DNA of 64,000 bases from Candidatus Aenigmatarchaeota archaeon (lineage in GTDB: Archaea > Aenigmatarchaeota > Aenigmatarchaeia > QMZP01 > QMZT01), in the NCBI GenBank assembly GCA_041489155.1, contig JBGPQP010000001.1, positions 64,001 through 128,000 on the forward strand, written 5' to 3'. The stretch's first letter is position 1. The number at the start of each line of letters is the position of its first letter. Of this stretch, positions 49,878 to 59,804 are shown piece after piece. Position numbers and translations under genes: made by a program. The notes under the pieces are model-generated. The model did not search any database and was not told the origin of the DNA. It saw only the letters and a program-made list of their open reading frames with translations.

Positions 49878-50759
49878 ATGAAAATTATTTTGTGCGACCA
49901 ATTTTCAAAAGATTTGCCGGGCAGGCTGAAGAAATTCGGAACAGTTGTAGAAGACAAAAAAGAAGTTCCAGATGCAGATATCATAATAGTTAGGAGCGCA
50001 ACAAGAGTCGACCAACAGATGATAGATAGTGCAAAGAAACTGAAACTGATAATCCGCGGCGGCGTGGGCCTCGACAACATTGACGTCGAATACTGCAACA
50101 AGAAGGGCATCCTCGTGAAAAACACACCGGAAGCATCGACCATTGCAGTTACAGAACTCGTTTTCGCTATTATGCTTGGCATATGCAGGAACATAGTGAA
50201 GGCCGACACGTCAATGAAAAATAACCAATGGATGAAAGAGCTCAAAGGCAGCGAACTTTACGACAAGACCATGGGCATCGTCGGGCTTGGAAGAATAGGC
50301 ACTGAAGTCGCTAAAAGAGCGAAAGCATTTGACATGAATGTGATAGGATGCGAAAAACACGTGAGGCCCTTCGAATACGGCGAAGTTGTTTCAATGGATG
50401 AAATTTTCAGGCGATCGGATTTCATCTCGCTACATGTTCCGCTAACTGACGAAACGAATGAAATGATAAACAGGAAGACGCTCAAGAAGATGAAAGACGG
50501 GGTTGTGATAATCAACACAGCAAGGGGCAAGCTTGTGAATGAAAAAGATTTGACAGAAGCCCTGAAATCAGGCAGGGTCAAGTATGCTGGCATCGATGTC
50601 TATCAGCAGGAGCCGCCAACAGGCTCGCCATTGCTCGTGATGGACAACGTTTTGCTGACGCCGCATCTCGGCGCGCAGACATTCGAGAACATGGCACGCA
50701 TATCAGACATAATCTGCCAGATAGTACAGGAGTTCTCTGCATCGAATTCTAGACAATGA
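49878..50759 (+). CDS. serA: D-3-phosphoglycerate dehydrogenase-like (no ACT domain)
   Basis: RGGVGLDNID, GLGRIG, INTARG, TPHLGAQT. Confidence 0.82.
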   Translation: MKIILCDQFSKDLPGRLKKFGTVVEDKKEVPDADIIIVRSATRVDQQMIDSAKKLKLIIRGGVGLDNIDVEYCNKKGILVKNTPEASTIAVTELVFAIMLGICRNIVKADTSMKNNQWMKELKGSELYDKTMGIVGLGRIGTEVAKRAKAFDMNVIGCEKHVRPFEYGEVVSMDEIFRRSDFISLHVPLTDETNEMINRKTLKKMKDGVVIINTARGKLVNEKDLTEALKSGRVKYAGIDVYQQEPPTGSPLLVMDNVLLTPHLGAQTFENMARISDIICQIVQEFSASNSRQ

Positions 50760-51771
50760 AATCCATGTCCATCCACGAGTAGCTGAAAAGTTTTCCTGTT
50801 CTGAAAGCGATATCGAGTTGGAAATCATTTGTTTTCTCCAAAAACTTGCGAAATGCGATGCCAAATTTTATCTGCTTATCTATCCTTCGCCTCCAGCCGA
50901 TTTCGTATTCCTTCAAAGCATCTTCGCTGAAATCATTGAATCTGAAGGCCCTTTCAACGATTTTTGCAGCGATTTCAGCGCAGGTCAGGCCATAGATCAC
51001 GCCGCCACCTGACCACGGCTTGTTCTGGCCCGCAGCGCCACCAACGAGCAAGATTCTTTCAGAAAAGCTTTTTCTCACCGGCTTTACCGGAATAAGACCG
51101 GCAAATTTTTCATAGTTTTTTATGCCGAAAAATTTCTCTATATCGGTGAATTTCACGTTTTTGCCCCACACTCCGTATTCCGTAGTCCGGCCACGGGGTA
51201 TTTTCCAGAAGAAGCCATCCCTCAAAAGCCCCATATCAAAATAGAGATCAACGTTTTTGGCGCAATTTTTTTCCTGTTTTATTGCCATTAGGCCCTTTAC
51301 AGTTTGCATGCTTCCAGAAAACCTGCGGCCTATCATCGAGTTTGGTCCATTGCATACAAAAGTCATTTCGCTTTCAAAACTGCCCCTATTTGTCTGGATT
51401 CTCGTACCATTTTTCAAAACATCTAGTCCAGTGACCCTACAACCCAGTATGATGTCTTTTTCAACAGGTTCCGAAAGTTTTTTGTCGAAGAGCGAGCGGT
51501 TTATCACATATGCGGCCTTTCTTTTATTAAGCGCAAGCTCGCTCCTTTTAGAATGGAGTATCGCAGCATCCACTTCATTTTCAATTACTCCCCATTTTTC
51601 AATCCGCGGGAGGAATTTGCGGATGTTGCTCGAAATCAGACCTGAACATCTCAGAGGCTTGCCTATTTCCTTGTCCTCCTCAAACACTGTTATTTTATAA
51701 CCCATGTTTTTGCACAGTGCAGCGGCGTACAAACCGACAGGCCCCCCGCCGATTACAGCTATGTCAAACAT
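50749..51771 (-). CDS. Geranylgeranyl reductase family flavoprotein
   Basis: IGGGPVG, CSGLIS, FFWKIP, GGAAGQNKPWSGGGV. Confidence 0.8.
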   Translation of the reverse strand: MFDIAVIGGGPVGLYAAALCKNMGYKITVFEEDKEIGKPLRCSGLISSNIRKFLPRIEKWGVIENEVDAAILHSKRSELALNKRKAAYVINRSLFDKKLSEPVEKDIILGCRVTGLDVLKNGTRIQTNRGSFESEMTFVCNGPNSMIGRRFSGSMQTVKGLMAIKQEKNCAKNVDLYFDMGLLRDGFFWKIPRGRTTEYGVWGKNVKFTDIEKFFGIKNYEKFAGLIPVKPVRKSFSERILLVGGAAGQNKPWSGGGVIYGLTCAEIAAKIVERAFRFNDFSEDALKEYEIGWRRRIDKQIKFGIAFRKFLEKTNDFQLDIAFRTGKLFSYSWMDMDFIV

Positions 51772-51825
51772 AATAAACTTTACGTAATTGCTTTTATAAA
51801 ACATGGCTCAAATATTTATGATATC

Positions 51826-52677
51826 ATGTTGCTGAAGAACTACAAGTTTTTGCTAATCATACCGATTGTATTGTTTTTAATATCCATTGCTATACTTCTC
51901 AACCAGTATAACCAGACAGGAGAAATTTTCAAGCGATCAATCGAAATGAAAGGCGGAACCGTAATAACGATAAACACGCAGGAAAGGCTTGACATCGCTT
52001 CAATCGAAACGCACCTGAGACAAAAATTCCAGCCCATCAGCGTCCGCGAGGTAAGAAGCTTCAGAGGCTATAGCACGATAATCGAAACCTCGAGCGAGAT
52101 AAAAGCTGAAGACATTCTGGCAGAGACGAAAGCCATGGGTGTTGACACGCAGGATAACAATATTGAAACTATGGGCCCGTCCCTTGGAGCGGCTTTCTGG
52201 ACGCAGGCCCAGCTCGCTCTGGTACTGGCGTTCATTTTCATGGGCATTGTGGTATTCATTTTCTTCAGGACCTTTGTCCCATCGATGGCGGTGATAATAT
52301 CTGCATTTGCTGACATCTTCATGACCCTTGCCTTCATGCAGCTTTTTGGCATCGAACTCTCGCTTGCCGGCTTGGCGGCGATTATGATGCTGATAGGCTA
52401 TTCTGTGGACACTGACATACTGCTGACCTCGCGCATGCTTAGGGAATCCGAAGACAAGACCATCGATGAAAAAATAAAGCATGCCATGAAGACAGGCCTT
52501 ACGATGACGCTCACTTCGATAGGCGCCCTTACACCGCTTTTCCTGTTGGGCCTTTCGCCTGTTATCACGCAAATTGCCAACGTGCTTATGATAGGTCTGG
52601 CTTTCGATATAATGAACACTTGGATAACCAATGTCGCAATACTCAGATGGTATTGTGAAAAGAAGGGGATGAAATAA
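51826..52677 (+). CDS. secF: Protein translocase subunit SecF
   Basis: IEMKGGT, GPSLG, IGYSVDTDILL. Confidence 0.92.
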   Translation: MLLKNYKFLLIIPIVLFLISIAILLNQYNQTGEIFKRSIEMKGGTVITINTQERLDIASIETHLRQKFQPISVREVRSFRGYSTIIETSSEIKAEDILAETKAMGVDTQDNNIETMGPSLGAAFWTQAQLALVLAFIFMGIVVFIFFRTFVPSMAVIISAFADIFMTLAFMQLFGIELSLAGLAAIMMLIGYSVDTDILLTSRMLRESEDKTIDEKIKHAMKTGLTMTLTSIGALTPLFLLGLSPVITQIANVLMIGLAFDIMNTWITNVAILRWYCEKKGMK

Positions 52678-54509
52678 TGCTGAAATACTGGCGCTTGCTG
52701 CTGCTGTTGACAATGGTTTGCGCAAGCCTGCTGGCCATAGGCCTGAAGCCGCAGTATACGGGGGTCCAGGTAGCTTATGTATACGCTGACTCCCCTGCGA
52801 AAGGGCAGCTGGAGCAAGGCATGATTATTTCCGAAGCGAACGGCAAGCCCATGCGCAGCGTCGAGGAGTGGAACAATTTTGCAAAGAACTTCACCGGAGA
52901 TCTTAGACTCAAGGTGGGCAGGAATGATTACAAGTTAAAGGTAAATGATACAGGCATAGGCATTGAAGTCAATGAAATCGACAGGACAAACCTCGACTTC
53001 GGCCTTGACATAAAGGGCGGCACGAGGATAATCCTCAGACCGAAAGAAAATGCCTCCGCCCAGATGCTCGACCAGATAGTAGGCACGCTGCAGACGAGAG
53101 CGAATATTTATGGTCTCCGCGAGATACGCCTCATTCCAGTCAGAGGTATATCGGGCGATTATTATGTACAGGTAGAAGCTGCGGGCGTCGGCAGGGAAGT
53201 TGTCGACACGCTGCTTTCAAAACAAGGCAGCTTTGAGGCCAAAATAATCAAGCCAGTTTACATGGCAAATGGCAAAGGCACTTTCGACCTAAGGGACAAC
53301 AAATACGATGTCGAATACGTTTCTGACGGAAAAATAAAAATTACCAATCTTACGCTCTCGTTGAATTCGACTTTCACGCTCGATGGGGTGGATTTTGAAT
53401 TCGTTAATGTCACAGCCAGTGGCGACCCGATATTCCTTGGCACGGCCTATAAGGGTGATGACATAGAGCTTGTGTACACGGATGCGCAGCACTCTGGCAT
53501 CATGCCAGGGAAAAACTTTTTTGAATTCTACTTCGGCGTCCTTGTGTCTGAGGCAGGGGCTGAAAGGTTCGCAAAAATTACTTCAGGAGTGCCGTCGCAG
53601 CTCGACCTAAATTCAGGCGACTATTACCTGAAGGATTGCCGCATATTGCTTTATCTGGACAACCAGCTGGTTTCGGATCTGCGCATCGCTTCATCGCTTG
53701 GAGGACAGGCTTATACGACTCCCCAAATAACCGGTTCTAGGGAAAGCAGGGAAACAGCCCTTGAAGAAAAACTCAAGCTGCAGACAATTCTCAGGTCAGG
53801 CGCGCTTCCTGTCAGCCTTGAGACAGTTTCTGTTGGCGTAATTTCCCCCACACTCGGCAGCGGTTTTTTAGAATCAGCCGCAATGGCAGGAGGTATCGCT
53901 GCGCTTGTTGTTATGGGCGTAATATTTGCCAGATACAGGAGATTCAGGGTTTCCGTGCCAATCGCTCTTATCGGCATTTCCGAAGTTATAATAATCCTTG
54001 GCGTAGCTTCAAACAACGACTGGATAATATGGGGACCCGTGCTGCTGCTTAACCTGTTCATTGTCGGCATGGCATGGTGGAAGAAATATGAGATCGATCC
54101 TACTGCATGGGTCGGGGCAATGCTCATACCCCTTCTCGGCCTGCTCACGTGGACAGTTGACCTCCCGGTAATCGGCGGCATAATAGCCACGCTTGGCATA
54201 GGCGTTGACAACATGATAGTGATAGCTGATGAAACCCTTTCCGGCAGGAAGGACGAGAAGAAAATCCTTTACACCGTAAGGGACAAGATAAAAAGGGCAT
54301 TCTTCATAATATTCGGTTCCTCATCTACCGCCATAGCTGCTATGGTACCGCTGATGCTCCTTGGGATAGGCTTCGTAAGAGGCTTTGCCATAACAACCAT
54401 AATCGGCGTGCTGATAGGAGTTCTGGTGACAAGACCTGCATATGCAGAAATAGTCGAAGTCAGCGTTAACAGGGAATTTCAAAAGAAAGAAAAACAAGAT
54501 AAAAAATAA
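52677..54509 (+). CDS. secD: Protein translocase subunit SecD with N-terminal PDZ-like insert
   Basis: FGLDIKGG, ILRSGALPV, ISPTLG, GIGVD, RGFAITT. Confidence 0.92.
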   Translation: MLKYWRLLLLLTMVCASLLAIGLKPQYTGVQVAYVYADSPAKGQLEQGMIISEANGKPMRSVEEWNNFAKNFTGDLRLKVGRNDYKLKVNDTGIGIEVNEIDRTNLDFGLDIKGGTRIILRPKENASAQMLDQIVGTLQTRANIYGLREIRLIPVRGISGDYYVQVEAAGVGREVVDTLLSKQGSFEAKIIKPVYMANGKGTFDLRDNKYDVEYVSDGKIKITNLTLSLNSTFTLDGVDFEFVNVTASGDPIFLGTAYKGDDIELVYTDAQHSGIMPGKNFFEFYFGVLVSEAGAERFAKITSGVPSQLDLNSGDYYLKDCRILLYLDNQLVSDLRIASSLGGQAYTTPQITGSRESRETALEEKLKLQTILRSGALPVSLETVSVGVISPTLGSGFLESAAMAGGIAALVVMGVIFARYRRFRVSVPIALIGISEVIIILGVASNNDWIIWGPVLLLNLFIVGMAWWKKYEIDPTAWVGAMLIPLLGLLTWTVDLPVIGGIIATLGIGVDNMIVIADETLSGRKDEKKILYTVRDKIKRAFFIIFGSSSTAIAAMVPLMLLGIGFVRGFAITTIIGVLIGVLVTRPAYAEIVEVSVNREFQKKEKQDKK

Positions 54510-54521
54510 AAACTTATTTCT

Positions 54522-55061
54522 CTAGCCTCTTGTTATCCTTGAGATGTTTCCTTCGAGCTCTATTACCCCTTCCTTTATTACCCCGTTTCCAAGGAAGTCG
54601 TTTATAGTCAGAGAGCCGTTTTCTGTCGTTTCATTCCAGTTCCCTGAGACGAGAACGAGTTTCATGTTCCTGAGATCCAGCGAATTGATCTTGATCCCAT
54701 ATATGTTGACCGTCCCAATGCCTTCCTTTATTAAGAGCGAGCTGCCTGCTTCTTTGAATGAAACAACCTTTCCTTTCATATCTATGCTGATGGCGCCTTT
54801 GAAGTTTGCGACTTCGCTGGTGCTTGTTGTTATGTTTACGAATTCGCCAGCGTTGAGCTCGAAGCTCTCCGGGTAGAAACTCAGTTTTATCATTTCCACC
54901 CTTTTAACAGGTACGGTGAATATGTTTCCGAGCGGCGAGGATTCGAACCATTTCTTTATCATGCCGAAGAAATCAGAAAGCAAGCCCTCGGCCCTTGCAC
55001 CAGGAAGAAAACTCAACGAAACCAGCAAACCGGCCAAAACGATTACCATCACTTTTCTCAT
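54522..55061 (-). CDS. Secreted hypothetical protein
   Basis: Signal peptide ending ARA/EG; beta-rich body. Confidence 0.6.
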   Translation of the reverse strand: MRKVMVIVLAGLLVSLSFLPGARAEGLLSDFFGMIKKWFESSPLGNIFTVPVKRVEMIKLSFYPESFELNAGEFVNITTSTSEVANFKGAISIDMKGKVVSFKEAGSSLLIKEGIGTVNIYGIKINSLDLRNMKLVLVSGNWNETTENGSLTINDFLGNGVIKEGVIELEGNISRITRG

Positions 55062-55161
55062 AAAACCACTTATTTAACTATTCGGCAGGAATATTTAAAT
55101 TGTAAACCAGACGGCACGCATAGCAGAAACTTATAAATATTAACTAACCATATGATAGGGT

Positions 55162-56349
55162 ATGGATATTCTCTCGCAGCTTATAGGCGCAGGGGACAAC
55201 TGGACGTCATGGTTATTCTTCCTTGTATTCTGGGGCATATTCTTTTTCTTCTACCCGCGCCTCATGCTAACCCAGATAATGTGGAAAATCGAGAGGACGG
55301 CGGAAGAGTTTGAGGCGATGGCAGACGAGACGAAAAAATTCATGGTTTTACAGGTATCCAAGAATCCTGACAAAAAACTAAGGGATTCGGTCGCGAACTT
55401 TTTCGAATTTTTCGCTATCACACCGGTTTCCCTCGATCCTTACGGTATTGTAAAGAAATTCGAACTGGTTATACAGAACGAGAAAGAGAGATTCCATTAT
55501 TTCGTGAATCAGGTCGCACCGGATGCTGATCCCGAGAGGAAGGCCAACATAGAAATGGGTTTTGCAGGCGGCATAGAAATGTACACAATAGCCAAGATAG
55601 TCAGGCATTACGTCGAGCTCATAAAAGAAACCAAATCGTATCAGATCGCCCTCATAATCCAGATGCAGCTGCCGCTTATCGAGAAAATCGCCAAGGCCGT
55701 GTATGAGGGGACGAAGTCGCTTGCGAGAGGCGAACCAGTCGGCGATGGCCTCGGCCCGCTTGTGATAGCGACACTGATGGGAGACAAAAAATCCGAGGAG
55801 ATTGAGGAAGACATAATCATGACCGAAGTCGCGATAGACGGAAGGAAGTGCTTCGTCATGAAGGCGAGAGGCCCTGGCGGACGGCTCGGAAGGCCGGGCA
55901 AGGCAGTTGAGAAAATCATGAAGAAGCACAAAATCGCGAGGATTATAACCATCGATGCCGCAGCGAAACTGGAAGGAGAAAAGACAGGTTCCATCGCTGA
56001 AGGCGTTGGCGTGGCGATGGGCGGGCCTGGCGTTGAACGTTCATATATAGAAGACATTGCAGTCAGGACCAGCACACCCCTCGATTCCGTCATAGTAAAG
56101 ATGAAGTCAGAAGAAGCAATATTGCCCATGAAGAAGGAAATCAAGGACGCAGTGCCGCTTGCGATAGACAGGGTGAAAGAAGCATTAAAAAGGACAAAGA
56201 AAGGCGAGAGCGTCATAATCGTCGGAGTGGGCAACACGTCCGGCGTAGGTAACAATGCAAAGGCGGCGAAGGAAGCCGCCAAATGGATTGATGATTACGA
56301 CAGGAAAACCAAGAGGGAAAAGAAAGGCAAAAAACGTCTTCCATTCTGA
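55162..56349 (+). CDS. DUF1512 family protein
   Basis: PVSLDPYGIV, GDGLGPLV, IDAAAKLEGEKTG, GVGVAMGGPGVE, GVGNT. Confidence 0.85.
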   Translation: MDILSQLIGAGDNWTSWLFFLVFWGIFFFFYPRLMLTQIMWKIERTAEEFEAMADETKKFMVLQVSKNPDKKLRDSVANFFEFFAITPVSLDPYGIVKKFELVIQNEKERFHYFVNQVAPDADPERKANIEMGFAGGIEMYTIAKIVRHYVELIKETKSYQIALIIQMQLPLIEKIAKAVYEGTKSLARGEPVGDGLGPLVIATLMGDKKSEEIEEDIIMTEVAIDGRKCFVMKARGPGGRLGRPGKAVEKIMKKHKIARIITIDAAAKLEGEKTGSIAEGVGVAMGGPGVERSYIEDIAVRTSTPLDSVIVKMKSEEAILPMKKEIKDAVPLAIDRVKEALKRTKKGESVIIVGVGNTSGVGNNAKAAKEAAKWIDDYDRKTKREKKGKKRLPF

Positions 56350-56351
56350 TT

Positions 56352-57266
56352 TTACAGTTCATTTACTTCTTCCGGTTTGAGAATAACCTTTCCGAACTGT
56401 TCTGCGTCGTCCCTCAGCCTCGGACAGGCTGTGTTTACCAGCGCATCTATTTTCAGGCCCATCAGTTTTTCAGGTGTGAAGCAGTCGCCAAGCAGAACAT
56501 ATGCCTTTTTGCCTGCCTTTTCAAGTTTCCTCTTTATTTCCGCGGCCTGCTTTATCTTCATCTGGCCGGGCTTTGTTGAGAGCAGTATGCCGAAAGTCTT
56601 CATCCCTTTCGCTTTTTCAATTCTCATCCTGCTTTTTATTTCCATCCTGTCCTTTTCATCGTAAAGGTCCTCAAGCATTCGGTTTTCGATGTCAAGGAAA
56701 AGGACAGGTTTGCTGACACTTTCCTGCAGGCCAAGCGGATGGAATCTACCGGAACCAATGAAAAGATAGCAGTCAACCATTTTCTCGTAGCCTTTCGCGT
56801 CCGAGACATCGCAGCCCAGCACGCGGTCGGCGATTTTAACAGCGAAGCCATTTTTCTCTAGGAACTTTTTAGCGTATACCAGCGACTTTTTGAACTGTAT
56901 AGTGCTCACGAGGCAGATTTTCCTGTATTTTATTTGTTTTATCACCAGCCTGAGCAGGGGAATGAAATCGTAATCCATGAAGTATTGGTAATAGATGACA
57001 GGCACTTTTGTTTCAAGCCCGAAATCCGCATGGCCTATGTGCAGAAGCATGTCGCATCCAACCGCCTTCGCTTCGCTGTCGCGCAAATCGCACGCGCCGA
57101 AGCAAGGCTCTATCGAAAGCACGACCTCGATCCTGTTTTTTTCAAGAAAATCGGCCAGACCCTGTACGCCAGATTTCAGGCCTTCTGGCACCTGGATCAG
57201 GATTTTTTTAGCTCTCCCCCCTCTTAGAAGGGAAAGAATTTCCCTGCATCTTTTGTCATCGAACAT
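56352..57266 (-). CDS. dph2: Diphthamide biosynthesis enzyme Dph2
   Basis: QVPEGLK, CFGACD, VLGC, GRFH, TACPR (three Fe-S cysteines). Confidence 0.93.
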   Translation of the reverse strand: MFDDKRCREILSLLRGGRAKKILIQVPEGLKSGVQGLADFLEKNRIEVVLSIEPCFGACDLRDSEAKAVGCDMLLHIGHADFGLETKVPVIYYQYFMDYDFIPLLRLVIKQIKYRKICLVSTIQFKKSLVYAKKFLEKNGFAVKIADRVLGCDVSDAKGYEKMVDCYLFIGSGRFHPLGLQESVSKPVLFLDIENRMLEDLYDEKDRMEIKSRMRIEKAKGMKTFGILLSTKPGQMKIKQAAEIKRKLEKAGKKAYVLLGDCFTPEKLMGLKIDALVNTACPRLRDDAEQFGKVILKPEEVNEL

Positions 57267-57367
57267 AAGTTTAATTTCAGCCCTGTATTTAAAACATTAA
57301 ACGATCGACGTAATCCATGGCGAATCTTTTAAAACAGGCATGCTTTATCTTAGAGTATGGTGATGCA

Positions 57368-58651
57368 ATGGACGATGAGTTTCATGAATTTTACAAGAAA
57401 TCTGTAGATGAGAGACTTGGCATAATCAAGAAATTCGCAGGCCTTACCGACGAGGAAATCGGAATGCTCAAGAAAACCGGGACCTTGGGAATCGAAATCG
57501 CGGATCGCATGATAGAGAATGTCGTAGGCGTTTGTGGCCTACCTCTCGGCCTCGGGCTCAATTTCGTTGTGAACGGCAAGAAATACGTTGTGCCGATGTG
57601 CCTCGAAGAACCGTCGGTCGTGGCGGCAGCGTCTTACGCGGCAAAACTTGCGAAAGCGAATGGCGGTTTTGAGGCATCGAGCGACGAGCCTGTCATGATA
57701 GGCCAGATACAAATCATGGGCTTCAAAAACTTTGAAAAAGCAAAAAAAGCGATAGTGAACAAAAAAAAGGAAATAATAAACAAGGCAAACGAGCGCGACT
57801 CTGTTCTGGTGAGCTTCGGAGGAGGAGCGAAAAACCTGGAAGTTCGCAGGATAAAATCCAAACTGGGCGACATGCTGGTTGTTCACCTTTTCGTTGATGT
57901 GAGGGATGCAATGGGCGCGAACGCAGTCAATACCATGTGCGAAATGATATCTCCGATGCTAGAGGAATTGACTGGCGGTTACGTGAGGCTTAGGATAATC
58001 TCGAACCTTGCTGACAGGCGGCTAGCCAGGGCGAAGGCTGTCTGGAAGAAGGAGGAGCTGGAAAAAGCGTCAAAAGGAGCAATGAAAGGCAGCGAAATCG
58101 TGGACGCGATACTTGAGGCCTATCACCTGGCGTTGAACGACCCCTACAGATGCGCTACGCATAACAAGGGCATAATGAACGGGGTAGATGCGGTCGTGAT
58201 AGCAACAGGCAATGATTTCAGGGCAGTGGAAGCCGGTGCGCACGCTTACGCCTGCGTTTCGGGCAAATACAAACCTCTGACCAAATATTACAAAAACAAG
58301 GACGGCGACCTCGTAGGGGAGATAGAGTTACCGGTGGCGATAGGCACAGTCGGCGGCGCGACAAAAACAAAACCGGAAGCCAGGATCGCGCTGAAAATTC
58401 TCGGCGTGAAAACCGCCAAGGAACTGTCTCAGGTGATCGCATCCGTGGGGCTTGCGCAAAACTTCGCTGCCCTGCGTGCGCTGGCCACAGAAGGCATACA
58501 GAGAGGACACATGCGTCTTCACGCGAAAAACATCGCTGTCACCGCAGGAGCGAAGGGAGACCAGATAGAAAAGGTGGCTGCAAAAATGGTCGATGAAAAG
58601 AACATAAACGTCTCAAGGGCGAAGGAAATACTGGAAAAAATAAATGGATGA
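57368..58651 (+). CDS. HMG-CoA reductase, class II (bacterial/MvaA type)
   Basis: MIENVVG, EEPSVVAAAS, DAMGAN, THNKGIMNG, GNDFRA, GIQRGHMRLH. Confidence 0.93.
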   Translation: MDDEFHEFYKKSVDERLGIIKKFAGLTDEEIGMLKKTGTLGIEIADRMIENVVGVCGLPLGLGLNFVVNGKKYVVPMCLEEPSVVAAASYAAKLAKANGGFEASSDEPVMIGQIQIMGFKNFEKAKKAIVNKKKEIINKANERDSVLVSFGGGAKNLEVRRIKSKLGDMLVVHLFVDVRDAMGANAVNTMCEMISPMLEELTGGYVRLRIISNLADRRLARAKAVWKKEELEKASKGAMKGSEIVDAILEAYHLALNDPYRCATHNKGIMNGVDAVVIATGNDFRAVEAGAHAYACVSGKYKPLTKYYKNKDGDLVGEIELPVAIGTVGGATKTKPEARIALKILGVKTAKELSQVIASVGLAQNFAALRALATEGIQRGHMRLHAKNIAVTAGAKGDQIEKVAAKMVDEKNINVSRAKEILEKING

Positions 58652-58653
58652 TT

Positions 58654-59040
58654 TTAGAAATCGCTAGGCCCTCCCAGTTCATCTCTTGAATCATTGTAAT
58701 ACGGAGTTTCGCTCACTTTACGCAATGAACCGTCTACCGTGAGAGAATAGTGCTTTATTACATCCTTGCCTATCTGCCCTACTCTTAATAAAATTTGTTC
58801 TTTGCCAGATTTTTGTGTGCCTATCAGATATTCATGCTTGGATAATATAAGCTTTCCGATATTTAATGGCTCTACCAATTCACCGTTTTCCGAGTCGCCC
58901 AAAACAAGAAAATTCAGCCCATTCCCGTTTTTCCTTGACCAGACTTCACACAACACACCAAATTTGTCTCTTAATGCCCCCAAATAACTTAACTCTGGTT
59001 TTGGAGAAGGCTCTTGAGAAGATCCCATCTGATAACCCAT
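58654..59040 (-). CDS. Hypothetical protein
   Basis: 128-aa ORF filling the gap, GGTG RBS-like sequence upstream; no recognisable motif. Confidence 0.45.
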   Translation of the reverse strand: MGYQMGSSQEPSPKPELSYLGALRDKFGVLCEVWSRKNGNGLNFLVLGDSENGELVEPLNIGKLILSKHEYLIGTQKSGKEQILLRVGQIGKDVIKHYSLTVDGSLRKVSETPYYNDSRDELGGPSDF

Positions 59041-59153
59041 TCACACCACTCCTTGGACAGGTTTCGGTCGTGATTTTGCAGATTCTTATAAATACATTTA
59101 AATCATATAAGAACATAACGTTATTATAATAACAAAAAATCGGTTGATTTGTT

Positions 59154-59804
59154 ATGGTAACCGTAAGCCATATAGTCAGGAAGATAGTGGATGAGAGGCC
59201 CTTTCTGCAAGAAGCGATAGTAGAAGGCATAGTGTCCTATGGGTCTTTGGCTGAAAAAATTAAAGTAGAGGTGGAAGAAGAATTGGGGAAAAAGGTAAAA
59301 CTTTTCTCCATAGTCATGGCACTAAGAAGATATACAGAGAAAATGAAAACAAAATACAAACCAACAGCATTTGATTTCCGTTCGGAGATTATAATGAAGA
59401 CAAATCTATGCGACATATGCTTCGTGAAATCCACCAGACTTATGGCGGAACTGAAAAATCTTTATGGAATGGTTAACTTCGAAAAAGGAGACACGCTTAA
59501 TGTCAGCCATGGCAACTATGAGATATCGATAGTGACAAATGAAAAATATAGGGAAAGGCTTTTGAAATACCTAAGAAGTGAAAAAATACTAGACATCAGA
59601 AACAATTTGGTCTCCATCTCGCTCAGGTACCCAATAGAGTTTTTCGACACACCGGGTGTTATATTCTCTGTGGTAAGAAGCGTGGCGAGGGAAAGCATAA
59701 ACATATACGAGGCGATATCCACGCACACGGAACTCACCCTTGTTATAGATAAAAAGGATTCTATAAGGGCATACAAAATACTGCAGAACATGACGGAATC
59801 ATGA
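59154..59804 (+). CDS. ACT-domain protein with N-terminal HTH
   Basis: PFLQEAIVEGIVSYGSLA, MALRR, TPGV, INIYEAISTHTEL. Confidence 0.78.
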   Translation: MVTVSHIVRKIVDERPFLQEAIVEGIVSYGSLAEKIKVEVEEELGKKVKLFSIVMALRRYTEKMKTKYKPTAFDFRSEIIMKTNLCDICFVKSTRLMAELKNLYGMVNFEKGDTLNVSHGNYEISIVTNEKYRERLLKYLRSEKILDIRNNLVSISLRYPIEFFDTPGVIFSVVRSVARESINIYEAISTHTELTLVIDKKDSIRAYKILQNMTES

